Source: a virus (Duplodnaviria > Caudoviricetes). From it: 33,375 bases of DNA. Each line of letters opens with the position of its first letter. Position 1 is the stretch's first letter. The stretch covers positions 1 through 33,375 of IMG/VR virus record IMGVR_UViG_3300042366_000726, one strand, 5' to 3'. Positions 1 through 7,912 of the stretch are shown here, piece after piece. The notes under the pieces are model-generated. The model saw nothing but the letters and a program-made list of their open reading frames with translations. It did not search any database and was not told the origin of the DNA. Both the position numbers and the translations under genes were made by a program.

Positions 1-238
1 GATGATCGGCGACAACGACTGCGCGGGCAACGTGACCTCCGTGCGCATCACGTTCGCCGCAGGGCACGAGGACTACCGCGACCGGCGCTCGTTCGCCGTC
101 ACGGTCACGACCGGTGGTGAAGAACAAGCGCGCTTCCACCTGCCCTACGAGCACGCGCAGCAGCTCTTGCGTGCGCTCGCGGCGGACATGCGCGCGGACC
201 TGCGGAAGCTCGCGGAAGCGTGCGAGGGGGAGCCATGA
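1..238 (+). CDS. Hypothetical protein, 3' part; the N-terminus is probably at 33356..33375 across the circular junction
   Basis: ORF 2..238; its stop overlaps the next ATG (ATGA at 235-238). Confidence 0.75.
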   Translation, partial: MIGDNDCAGNVTSVRITFAAGHEDYRDRRSFAVTVTTGGEEQARFHLPYEHAQQLLRALAADMRADLRKLAEACEGEP

Positions 239-684
239 CCGCATCATTCGACCCGCTGGAACGGATCGCGTTCCTCGAACGCGAGGTGGTGCGGCTGCGC
301 AAAGGCGAGGAGTGCCACGTCGCGCGGCCCGGCGAAGGCACCTACGAGTGCCGCCACGACAATCTATGCCCCGCTTGTCGGCTGCGCAGCGCGGAGGCAC
401 GCGCAAACCGCGAGAGCTACACCATCGGCGAGACCGAGTGGGCGCAGCGCATCGCGACGCTCGAACACATGCTCTCCGAAGAGCGCGAGAACGTCGACAC
501 GTTGCGGGCTCGCGTTGCCGAGCTGGAGGCCCGTACAACGTACACCGTGGGCGAGACCGAGTGGGCGCACCGCATCGCGGTTGCCGAGCAGCGGTTCGTC
601 GACGAGTACGACGCGCGTAAGGCAGCAGAGCGCGAGATCGCCGAGCTGAAGGCGCGCATCGTGACGCTGGAGGCGATGCGATGA
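235..684 (+). CDS. Coiled-coil hypothetical protein with a Cys/His cluster and an internal repeat
   Basis: ATGA coupling at both ends; CRHDNLCPAC; YT[IV]GETEWA[QH]RIA occurs twice. Confidence 0.8.
   Translation: MTASFDPLERIAFLEREVVRLRKGEECHVARPGEGTYECRHDNLCPACRLRSAEARANRESYTIGETEWAQRIATLEHMLSEERENVDTLRARVAELEARTTYTVGETEWAHRIAVAEQRFVDEYDARKAAEREIAELKARIVTLEAMR
418..579 (+). repeat. 39-bp direct repeat (418-456 and 541-579), 36/39 identical
   Basis: tacaccatcggcgagaccgagtgggcgcagcgcatcgcg versus tacaccgtgggcgagaccgagtgggcgcaccgcatcgcg. Confidence 0.9.
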
Positions 685-872
685 GCTGGAAGTACAAGCC
701 CGACCGCAGCAGAGACGCGCGCGTCACGCGCGCCCACTGGTTCGAGGCCGATGCGCACTGGAGCCTCTGCGGCCGCGTGCCGCACGGCGACGACTGGATT
801 GACGACGTGGGCGGCTCGCGGCTCGACTGCCGCGCGTGCGAGAAGCGCATCATGCGCGAGGCGGAGCGATGA
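681..872 (+). CDS. Small putative zinc-binding protein
   Basis: GGAGG SD, ATGA coupling, H...SLCG...CRAC. Confidence 0.75.
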   Translation: MSWKYKPDRSRDARVTRAHWFEADAHWSLCGRVPHGDDWIDDVGGSRLDCRACEKRIMREAER

Positions 873-1030
873 CCGCCCGCGAGCTTGCAATCGCAACGAT
901 CGGCGAACGCTCGTTCGCCATCATCGCGAAGAACGCAGGAGAAGAGGCCGCCATCCGGGCCGCGTGGCACCGGGTGCTGGCCGAGCAACACCAGGAGAGA
1001 GCACGATGGGAAAGAGCGCGGAACACCTGA
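869..1030 (+). CDS. Hypothetical protein (53 aa)
   Basis: ATGA overlap at 869-872; MTARELAIAT... Confidence 0.65.
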   Translation: MTARELAIATIGERSFAIIAKNAGEEAAIRAAWHRVLAEQHQERARWERARNT

Positions 1031-1203
1031 CGATTCACCAGATGCCCGGCTCGAAGGTGCTGGTGCTCTATTGCGGGCACTGCACGGGCGCACTGCGCCT
1101 CGCGCTGCCCGTGCCGGTCTCGGAACTTGTAACCGCTACTGAGCAGTTCGCCGGGCGCCACGGCGCATGCAAGGCCGAGGAAAAGCCGACCGGGCCGTTT
1201 TGA
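1006..1203 (+). CDS. Small putative zinc-binding protein
   Basis: AGGAG SD before ATG 1006; CGHC...HGAC. Confidence 0.7.
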   Translation: MGKSAEHLTIHQMPGSKVLVLYCGHCTGALRLALPVPVSELVTATEQFAGRHGACKAEEKPTGPF

Positions 1204-1351
1204 TTGCCTGAGCAGGCTAACAGGCGTAGAAAGAACTTGCCCCCGGATCGCGACCAACGACCCGAGGGCGCACAACCAGCAAGGCAGAGAGCAAGATACC
1301 GCGACTTCTCGCGCGTGTCGAGTGCGCTGCCGCATTCCACGGAGAAGTTAC

Positions 1352-1570
1352 ATGATAGTCGTTCAGCAAGCGACGTTTTGCCTGCCGACCAAAGGCGACG
1401 AGAACCCAGCGGGTATCGAGCTCACGTTCGTCGTCGGAGAAGACGGCGAGCAAGAGATCATTTTCAGCGACGATAACGGCGTCGTCGTCATGACGCTTTC
1501 CATTGGAGAAATGGAAAGGATGCTTGAAGCCGTCGCGGAGATGATCCGAAACGTGAAGGGATTCGTTTGA
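1352..1570 (+). CDS. Acidic hypothetical protein
   Basis: GGAG SD at 1341, ATG 1352; globular-looking sequence. Confidence 0.7.
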   Translation: MIVVQQATFCLPTKGDENPAGIELTFVVGEDGEQEIIFSDDNGVVVMTLSIGEMERMLEAVAEMIRNVKGFV

Positions 1571-1606
1571 ATCCGCGAAGTTAACAACCGGAGAATTTAA
1601 CGAGCC

Positions 1607-1816
1607 ATGAAACTCTGCATCCACGTAAGACCGCGAGATGACAAGCAAGGTTGGGCCGTTGACGTGTTCGACGGACGCCGCGCTTGGAGCAAAACCCACC
1701 TCGGAGAGCAGCCTTTGAACAAGGCTGAGGCTCACAGGCTGGCTCACAAACTCCGCGACCCGAAATTTTACACCGCGCGAACGAAGCGCGCGGTTAACAG
1801 CGGGGGCGCGCTGTGA
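1607..1816 (+). CDS. Basic hypothetical protein
   Basis: ORF coupled to the next gene by GTGA. Confidence 0.65.
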   Translation: MKLCIHVRPRDDKQGWAVDVFDGRRAWSKTHLGEQPLNKAEAHRLAHKLRDPKFYTARTKRAVNSGGAL

Positions 1817-2385
1817 GCAACTCCGATGAGTGCTGCTTGGTGTGCTTCCGCCGTGTTGGTATTAACGCTGGCGATGACGGCTCGCCGCCCGTTGACCTTG
1901 GGCGATGCGCCGCGACAGATGGGTTTGAGTGCCGAGCCGTAGGCCAGGCGGTCGCCGGATACCGACGCGAGAACGAGGTTCTTCGATCAAACTGCGACCA
2001 CCTCAGTTCTGAGAACGCCTCGCTGTCCAGTCAGGTCGAGTCGATGGCGCTGCGCATCGAGAGTCTCGCCGAGGAGCTAGCGAAGCCGGAGGACGTGAGG
2101 CTGCGCGAGGTGCTCGATGCGCTCGACGGGCGCGCAGTCATCTTCGACGGCCTGGGGGTGCGTGTGACGCACTTGCTCGACGAGATGGACGAGTGGATCG
2201 CTAGGGCCGGCGCTGCCGAACGGAGACTCAAAAAGGCCGAAGAGGTCGTGATGCTGGCCCGTCAGTTGACAGCCTACAGCTGGGAGGATCGCCTGGAAGA
2301 CTGCGAGGTCAGCGACGCCGCGAAGCACGATTCGAGAGAGCTGAGCACTGCAATCTGGTTCTACGACCAAGAGGAGAAGTCGTGA
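1813..2385 (+). CDS. Hypothetical protein with Cys-rich N-terminus and coiled coil
   Basis: GTGA coupling at both ends; heptad pattern. Confidence 0.75.
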   Translation: MSNSDECCLVCFRRVGINAGDDGSPPVDLGRCAATDGFECRAVGQAVAGYRRENEVLRSNCDHLSSENASLSSQVESMALRIESLAEELAKPEDVRLREVLDALDGRAVIFDGLGVRVTHLLDEMDEWIARAGAAERRLKKAEEVVMLARQLTAYSWEDRLEDCEVSDAAKHDSRELSTAIWFYDQEEKS

Positions 2386-2672
2386 GCGCGGCGGCGTACA
2401 GACGAGGCTCGCGCCTCTTGTCCAGCGAGGCAGATAAGCGCATGCCGGCGGCTTTGTCCCATGCGGACAGGCAGGCCCGCAAAGACGAGGTTTCCAGGTT
2501 GCGTGAGCTGGTCGCCGCACTGGAGCGCGATCTGCGTCGGGCGCGCCGATGCCTCGCCTCCGAGCGAGCAGGCCGCGAGGCCCTCCGCGTTCGACTCGCT
2601 AACGAGGAGCGGGCAAATGCCTTTGGCGTGGGTGTCCTGTGCAGGCTCGCGTTTCCGGGGGACGAATCGTGA
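2382..2672 (+). CDS. Hypothetical coiled-coil protein
   Basis: AGGAG SD, GTGA overlap. Confidence 0.6.
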   Translation: MSAAAYRRGSRLLSSEADKRMPAALSHADRQARKDEVSRLRELVAALERDLRRARRCLASERAGREALRVRLANEERANAFGVGVLCRLAFPGDES

Positions 2673-2709
2673 GTTCGTGCAAAGCAACGAATGCGAAGCG
2701 GAGCTTGTG

Positions 2710-3405
2710 ATGGCCGGCTGGTCACGTCGCGAAGCAGCCGACGACGCTCGCCTTCGCATGCTCCTCGAGCTCGGCCAGGTCGAGCTTGCGAAGGCCTACC
2801 TCAAGGCCGTGGAGTACCGCGTCACCGAAGAGGACGACGACGCCCCCGGCGTCACGGCCGAGCAGGTCGAGCAACTGCGCAGCCTGGGCCTATGGCGCAC
2901 GCTTGAGGAGCTCATCACGAAGCAGATGGCCGACCGCGCCCGGTCGAGGCGTGCTCGCGACAAGAAGCGTCACGTGACGACACGTGAGAACACGCAACCT
3001 AACGTGACCTCACGTGAGGACACGGATATCACAACACAACAGCCTTCCTTCGATCCTTCTCCTTCGGAGAAGTATCTACAGGAAGGGTCGGCTTCGCCTC
3101 CCGTTGCCGTGCAGTCGAGGAAGAAGCCGATCAAGCCAATGCCCGTTGGCTGGGAGCCGTCCGAGGCTCACCGGGCGCAAGCCCGTGAGCTTGGCCTCGA
3201 CCTAAAGCACGAAGCGGAGCTATTCCGAAACGACGCGGAGGCCAACGGCCGCCGGTACGTCCAATGGGAGGCAGCGTTCCGCAACTGGCTCGCGCGTAGC
3301 GCGAAGTGGAAGGCAGCGAGGCCGCAGCAAGCCAAGCCGAGCGTCGTCAAAGGCTGGGACGACGGCGACATGATGCTCGGCATCCCGAAGGGCGTCGTCG
3401 TATGA
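2710..3405 (+). CDS. Phage replication initiator with DnaT-like C-terminal domain (start 2677 or 2710)
   Basis: PVGWEPSEAH...EAELFRN...GRRYVQWEAAFRNWL motif; directly upstream of the helicase; internal iteron-like repeats. Confidence 0.75.
   Translation: MAGWSRREAADDARLRMLLELGQVELAKAYLKAVEYRVTEEDDDAPGVTAEQVEQLRSLGLWRTLEELITKQMADRARSRRARDKKRHVTTRENTQPNVTSREDTDITTQQPSFDPSPSEKYLQEGSASPPVAVQSRKKPIKPMPVGWEPSEAHRAQARELGLDLKHEAELFRNDAEANGRRYVQWEAAFRNWLARSAKWKAARPQQAKPSVVKGWDDGDMMLGIPKGVVV
2971..3030. repeat. Six tandem 10-bp units (CACGTGA core), putative origin iterons
   Basis: CACGTGACGA CACGTGAGAA CACGCAACCT AACGTGACCT CACGTGAGGA CACGGATATC. Confidence 0.75.
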
Positions 3406-4745
3406 GCACCCTCATCGACGTTGAAGCGGAGCTGGCGGCCTGCGTGTTCGTCACGAGCACCAGCGCCAAGGCAAGAGCGCAGCTCTTCGCCGCAATCGAG
3501 CCCGAGCACTTCGCGCAGCAGCCGTGCGCCGACTTTTGGCGCCAGGCCAAGGCCTACGAGGCCGAAGGCACGAGCACGGCGTGGATCCGCGTAACCAGCG
3601 CCTTGCAGGCCAGCAAGGCGTCGCACCCGAACAGCCGCTCGTGGAGCGATTGGTTCCACGCCATTCGCGACCAGAGCGCACACTTCCTCGCCCGCGGTGG
3701 GCTGACGCCTGACGAGCGGGCCGAGGAGCTCGAGCGCGACCTGCGCAACGCGCACGAGCGGCGGGAGATCCGCCGCGTGTGTCTCGAAGGCGCCGCCCGC
3801 GCCGAAGAGAAGCGCGAGGCCGGCGACGCGCTGCGCGTGGAGCTCGTGGAGCGCCTCGTGCCCCGCACCGTGCAGGCGGACGATGGCCTCGTGTCGACCC
3901 GCGACGCGGCGAGGCAGCTCCTCGAGCGCCTCTCCTCGCAGACCAGCGCCGCGACGCCGAGCCCGTGGCCGAGCGTCGACCGGCACGCCCCGCTGACGCC
4001 CGGCAGCCTCACGGTGCTCGCGGCCGCCACGGGCGTCGGTAAGACCGTGCTCGGCATCCAGTACGCTCGCGCGTGCCACGCCTCCAAGGCGTGGTGCATG
4101 TTCGTGGGCCTCGAGATGGGGCCTGACCAGAACCTCGCGCGCGTGGCGCGGCAGGAGTACGGCGTAGAGCACCGCCCCGAGCTCGTCGTCCCGACGCTAC
4201 GCGCCCGGGCCTATTCGGAATTGACGCAGGCCATCGCGCGCCTCGTGAACGATGGCTTTCGGTGCGAGTGGGCGTGCAGCCCGGTGCAGAGCACCGAGCA
4301 CGTAACGATGCGCGCCAAGCTCCTCGCGGCACGGCTGGCCGAGGAGGGCGAGCGGCTCGGCCTCATCGTCGTAGACTACCTGGGCATTCTCTCGCCGACC
4401 AGCGAGGACACGCGGCAGCGCCGCGAGCGCCACGAGCTCTTCGGCGAGTACGCGCTGCGGCTCAAGCTCCTCGCGCGTCAGCTCAAGGTGCCCGTCGTCG
4501 CGCTGGCTCAGCTCAACCGCGAGGCCGAGAAGGCCGGAACAAAGGCTACACGCGGAATGATCGGCGATTCCTATGCCATCCTGCGGCACGCGGATAACGT
4601 GCTCATCCTCACCCGCCCGATCCCGGGCACCGAAAGCGAGGGCGCAAGTGAACCGCGCCTCTCGATTCAGAAGGCGCGCGAAGGCTCGCCAGCTTGGTTC
4701 ACGCTCACCTGGAACGAACAGCACGAACGATACGAGGGGCCATGA
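3402..4745 (+). CDS. dnaB: DnaB-like replicative helicase (SF4)
   Basis: Walker A AATGVGKT, GLEM, Walker B LIVVDYLG, ALAQLNR, KAREG. Confidence 0.92.
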   Translation: MSTLIDVEAELAACVFVTSTSAKARAQLFAAIEPEHFAQQPCADFWRQAKAYEAEGTSTAWIRVTSALQASKASHPNSRSWSDWFHAIRDQSAHFLARGGLTPDERAEELERDLRNAHERREIRRVCLEGAARAEEKREAGDALRVELVERLVPRTVQADDGLVSTRDAARQLLERLSSQTSAATPSPWPSVDRHAPLTPGSLTVLAAATGVGKTVLGIQYARACHASKAWCMFVGLEMGPDQNLARVARQEYGVEHRPELVVPTLRARAYSELTQAIARLVNDGFRCEWACSPVQSTEHVTMRAKLLAARLAEEGERLGLIVVDYLGILSPTSEDTRQRRERHELFGEYALRLKLLARQLKVPVVALAQLNREAEKAGTKATRGMIGDSYAILRHADNVLILTRPIPGTESEGASEPRLSIQKAREGSPAWFTLTWNEQHERYEGP

Positions 4746-4975
4746 TTGACCTTGGAAAACATCACTTGAACCGCATCGACGCTATCGCAGCAGCCACGAA
4801 GGAAAGCGACGTGCTCGCGCGTGCGCTCCTCGAGCTCGGTCCGACGCCGAGCGCCGGGGCGCTGACCGATTGGCTTTGGCAGGAGAGCATCCGATGCGGG
4901 CTCGAGAAGCGCAGCGACTTCCGCGACAAGGCCGCAGCCGTCAAGGCGTGGCAGGCCGTCGAGGTGACGCCATGA
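4742..4975 (+). CDS. Hypothetical protein
   Basis: ATGA coupling at both ends. Confidence 0.7.
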   Translation: MIDLGKHHLNRIDAIAAATKESDVLARALLELGPTPSAGALTDWLWQESIRCGLEKRSDFRDKAAAVKAWQAVEVTP

Positions 4976-5631
4976 CACGCCGCATTCTCGCCGAGGATAT
5001 CCACGTTCCGAGCTTCGCGCACGACGTGCCAGGCGGCTACCCGGTGCAGGTCGAGACGAGCCCCGGCCTCGGCTGGGACATGGTGATCCACGTCTTCGGC
5101 CCGCACATGAGCAGCCCGCGTCCCCGCGTCACGAGCCGCGGGACCTTCATGCCGGCCGAGTACCGCAAGCACTGCGAACGGCTCGGCGCCTCGCTGGCCT
5201 ACGCTCGCGGGCTCGTCGAGGCCGAGGGCAAGCCCTGGCGCCCCGGTGCGCCGATGCGCCTCGACCTGGCGTTCTGGGGCGAGCGCCAGTGCGGCGACAT
5301 CGACAACCTGGCAAAGACGATCATGGACGCCGGCCAGCTCCACCGAGGCGAAAAGCCGGGCGCGGAGCTTTGGGCCAACGACCGCCAGATCCGAAGCCTC
5401 TCGGCGGACTGGATCGACGTTGAGGACGACGCGGCATGGTGCCAGCTCGTCGTGCGGGTGCGCATGCTGCCGCCGCCGTTGACCTCCGGAAGCCCGATTG
5501 CGGCGCCGAGGATGGCCCGTAAACGAGTCATTCAGACGGGAACGGGCGACGACCCGCCGAAGCGCCGAACGGCCCGTAAAACGGCAACGGAGGGCCAGCA
5601 AACCACACGCAAGGGGAAAACCAGCGTATGA
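4972..5631 (+). CDS. rusA: RusA-family Holliday junction resolvase with basic C-terminal tail
   Basis: PRPRV, GDIDNLAKTIMDA, WANDRQI. Confidence 0.88.
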   Translation: MTRRILAEDIHVPSFAHDVPGGYPVQVETSPGLGWDMVIHVFGPHMSSPRPRVTSRGTFMPAEYRKHCERLGASLAYARGLVEAEGKPWRPGAPMRLDLAFWGERQCGDIDNLAKTIMDAGQLHRGEKPGAELWANDRQIRSLSADWIDVEDDAAWCQLVVRVRMLPPPLTSGSPIAAPRMARKRVIQTGTGDDPPKRRTARKTATEGQQTTRKGKTSV

Positions 5632-5819
5632 GCGAACCCATGGGCTCATTCGCCGAATGGAAGTGCAGCGAGTGCGGGCGGCTCGAGCTCGCCGAGACGG
5701 TGTGGAACCAGAGAGCCCGCGTCCCGCGCTGGCCGATCGGCTGGCGCATCGTCACCGGCGAGACGTTCGCCCGCGTCGTGTGCCCGCGCTGCGTGGACGC
5801 GACGGCTGAAGCGCGCTAG
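5628..5819 (+). CDS. Small zinc-ribbon protein
   Basis: CSEC...CPRC; ATGA overlap. Confidence 0.75.
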   Translation: MSEPMGSFAEWKCSECGRLELAETVWNQRARVPRWPIGWRIVTGETFARVVCPRCVDATAEAR

Positions 5820-5881
5820 GCCGTGCAGGCGAGCGGAACAGGATTCGACCCCGCCGCCGCTCGTTGTGCCCTCCTGCGCAA

Positions 5882-5926
5882 CCCCGCCCGGTGTGTCTCC
5901 CTCGGCGCATCGGGCGGGGCCTATTT
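5882..5926 (+). terminator. 16-bp stem hairpin, probable terminator of the replication block
   Basis: CCCCGCCCGGTGTGTC-TCCCTC-GGCGCATCGGGCGGGG (with G-U pairs) followed by CCTATTT. Confidence 0.6.
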
Positions 5927-5937
5927 GGGCGCCACTC

Positions 5938-6030
5938 TACATACGCGCGCGCGCGCGATAGAATCTATAGAAGGATCGAAGCATGGTTTGGAGATAGAGA
6001 AGAGAGAGTGTGAGAGAGAAGGGAAAGAAC
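5938..6030. repeat. (CG)7 alternating tract followed by a GA-rich purine tract
   Basis: tacata(cg)7 at 5938-5957; gagatagagaagagagagtgtgagagagaagggaaagaa at 5991-6029. Confidence 0.85.
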
Positions 6031-6095
6031 CTTTTGCAAATGCGAGAGCGTGCTAAGGGAACGGAAGACCTCGCAGCTCGAGGGCAAAGGCGCCA

Positions 6096-6911
6096 GTGAA
6101 GCCGAAGAAGAAGCGACCGATCGAGATGTTCGAGGGCGAGGTGGGCTACAGGCCACCCGACGCGCTACTCGAAGCAGACGAGGCCGACCACGTTGGAGGC
6201 CTCGACTTCCCCGAGCTCGACCTTTCGGCGTTCGGCGTGGAGCTCGAGACGAGCGACGACGGCGCCGTGCGAGCGACGGAGCAGCTCGACCTTGACCCTC
6301 GCGAGCTCATCGGCAAGCCGAGGCGCATCCTCGACGACGATCGCGGCGTGGCAGCGGAGCACGCAGAGACGCTCGCGCACGCGCTACACGACGCAGGCCC
6401 AGGCGTGACACGCTGCGTGCTGCGCGGCTCTTTCGTCTTCGGCGACCTGATCATGGATGCCGCAGGCCTCATCGGGCCATGCCGAGCTCGTATCGTCACG
6501 CTCAGCTTCTCGGCCGAGAACGTGGACGCGCTTTGGACCGCGTTTCAGGAAGGCTCGATCGCAAGCCTCGACTTCGTGACAAGCGATTTCTTCTACTCGC
6601 ACTACCGGAACACGCTTTGGCGCATGCTCGTGACGAACCTCCCGCGCGAGCGATGCCGCTACGCCGTGTGCGGCACCCGCGCGAAGGTGGCGCTACTCGA
6701 GCCCCTCGACGCGTCCCGCCCCGGCTGGTGCATTGAGGGCAGCGCCAACCTACGCTCGTGCCAGGCCATCGAGCAAATCACGGTGTCAATCGGAGACCCG
6801 GAAGCGCACCGCTTCCACGGCAAATGGATCGATCGCATCGTGGAGCGATTCGACGTTCACCGTGCTAACCTTGGGAAAGCCGGCGCATGGAACGCCGTCG
6901 CAGGAGTTTGA
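6096..6911 (+). CDS. Phospholipase D-superfamily (single HKD-type, nuclease-like) protein with degenerate motif
   Basis: GTRAKVALLE...IEGSANLR resembles HxK(x)4D...GSxN, with His replaced by Arg. Confidence 0.7.
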   Translation: MKPKKKRPIEMFEGEVGYRPPDALLEADEADHVGGLDFPELDLSAFGVELETSDDGAVRATEQLDLDPRELIGKPRRILDDDRGVAAEHAETLAHALHDAGPGVTRCVLRGSFVFGDLIMDAAGLIGPCRARIVTLSFSAENVDALWTAFQEGSIASLDFVTSDFFYSHYRNTLWRMLVTNLPRERCRYAVCGTRAKVALLEPLDASRPGWCIEGSANLRSCQAIEQITVSIGDPEAHRFHGKWIDRIVERFDVHRANLGKAGAWNAVAGV

Positions 6912-6913
6912 CC

Positions 6914-7051
6914 ATGGCCAAGCGAAAGACTGGATCGGAGAAGGGCAGGGCCGGCGGAAAGACCGCGGCCGAGAAGCGCCTCGAGGCCGCAAACCGCCGC
7001 GTGGCGCGCCAGCGTGCCAAGGGGCCATCCTCCGGCCCGGTGCCGTTCTGA
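6914..7051 (+). CDS. 45-aa basic protein (below the ORF-track cutoff)
   Basis: AGGAG SD; MAKRKTGSEKGRAGGKTAAEKRLEAANRRVARQRAKGPSSGPVPF; fills the gap exactly. Confidence 0.7.
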   Translation: MAKRKTGSEKGRAGGKTAAEKRLEAANRRVARQRAKGPSSGPVPF

Positions 7052-7052
7052 C

Positions 7053-7517
7053 ATGGGAAAGCCAGGCCGACCGAGCATGTTTACGCCCGAGACGCGCGAG
7101 AAGATTCTTAGCGCGCTTCGCGCTGGCAATTATCGCGTGGCGGCCTGCAAATTCGCCGGCATCAGTGACGAAACGCTGCGCGACTGGATAAACCGAGGCA
7201 AGCGTGGGGAGCCCGCTTACCTGGAATTTTTGGAGCAAGTAAAGCAGGCCGAAGCGCAGGCCGAGGCCTCACTTGTCGCGACAATTCGCAAGGCGGCAGG
7301 CGATCACTGGCAAGCGGCCGCGTGGCTTCTGGAACGTAAGTACGTGACCCGATGGGGCCGCCGTGATCTCTCGTGGGAGCGAATGCAGCGCGAGGCCCGA
7401 CAGGCCGCCCAGGCCCAGGTGGACGCCATTCCTCTCGAGGAGCTCGAGCGCATGGTGATCGCGGAGAAGGCGCGCCGCGAGCGAGCCTCCCGCGTGGCGA
7501 CGGGCACGGCTGAATGA
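7053..7517 (+). CDS. terS: Terminase small subunit (HTH)
   Basis: GRPSMFTPE...AACKFAGISDETLRDW HTH, WQAAAWLLER; upstream of TerL. Confidence 0.8.
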   Translation: MGKPGRPSMFTPETREKILSALRAGNYRVAACKFAGISDETLRDWINRGKRGEPAYLEFLEQVKQAEAQAEASLVATIRKAAGDHWQAAAWLLERKYVTRWGRRDLSWERMQREARQAAQAQVDAIPLEELERMVIAEKARRERASRVATGTAE

Positions 7518-7912
7518 TCCGCATTCGCCCAGCTCGTGAGAGCGATGCGGCCTACGTGGCAGCGACGGCGCTGAAGCAGGCAAGCCGCTTCGTGCGCAAC
7601 GTCGACCGCGAGGAGCTCGCGTTGACCGTGCGGGCCATGCTGAACGCTTCGCATATCGTCGTGGCCTGCTCGGAGACCGACGAGGACACGCTCCTCGGCT
7701 GGGCCGCTGCGATCGGCGGCGTCTCGTGGTTCTGTTTCGTGTCGAAGGATGCCAGGCGCAACGGCATCGGGACGCGCCTGCGCTTGGAGGTGATTCGTGG
7801 AAGCATTGATTCGGCTCGTGAGTGGGGTGCACATCGACGGGCGCATGATGGAAACGATCCGCGTTCCCGTCTCGCGGGTGACGTGCTCGGCTTTTGGGGT
7901 GCTGATTCGTGA
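7514..7912 (+). CDS. GNAT-fold acetyltransferase
   Basis: IRIRPARESD N-terminal strand; acetyl-CoA motif A FVSKDARRNGIGTRL. Confidence 0.75.
   Translation: MIRIRPARESDAAYVAATALKQASRFVRNVDREELALTVRAMLNASHIVVACSETDEDTLLGWAAAIGGVSWFCFVSKDARRNGIGTRLRLEVIRGSIDSAREWGAHRRAHDGNDPRSRLAGDVLGFWGADS

Noticed and set aside
418-579. Repeat pair as a DGR template/variable repeat
   Set aside because: No reverse transcriptase is encoded, the mismatches are not confined to adenines, and both copies are in frame within one gene
2971-3030. Repeat array as a mini-CRISPR
   Set aside because: The units are 10 bp, contiguous and have no spacers
5825-5869. Bona fide tRNA gene
   Set aside because: No D arm or anticodon arm and no CCA; kept only as a low-confidence finding
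5823-6056. 77-aa ORF across the intergenic region
   Set aside because: No SD; the translation merely reflects the hairpins and the CG and GA tracts
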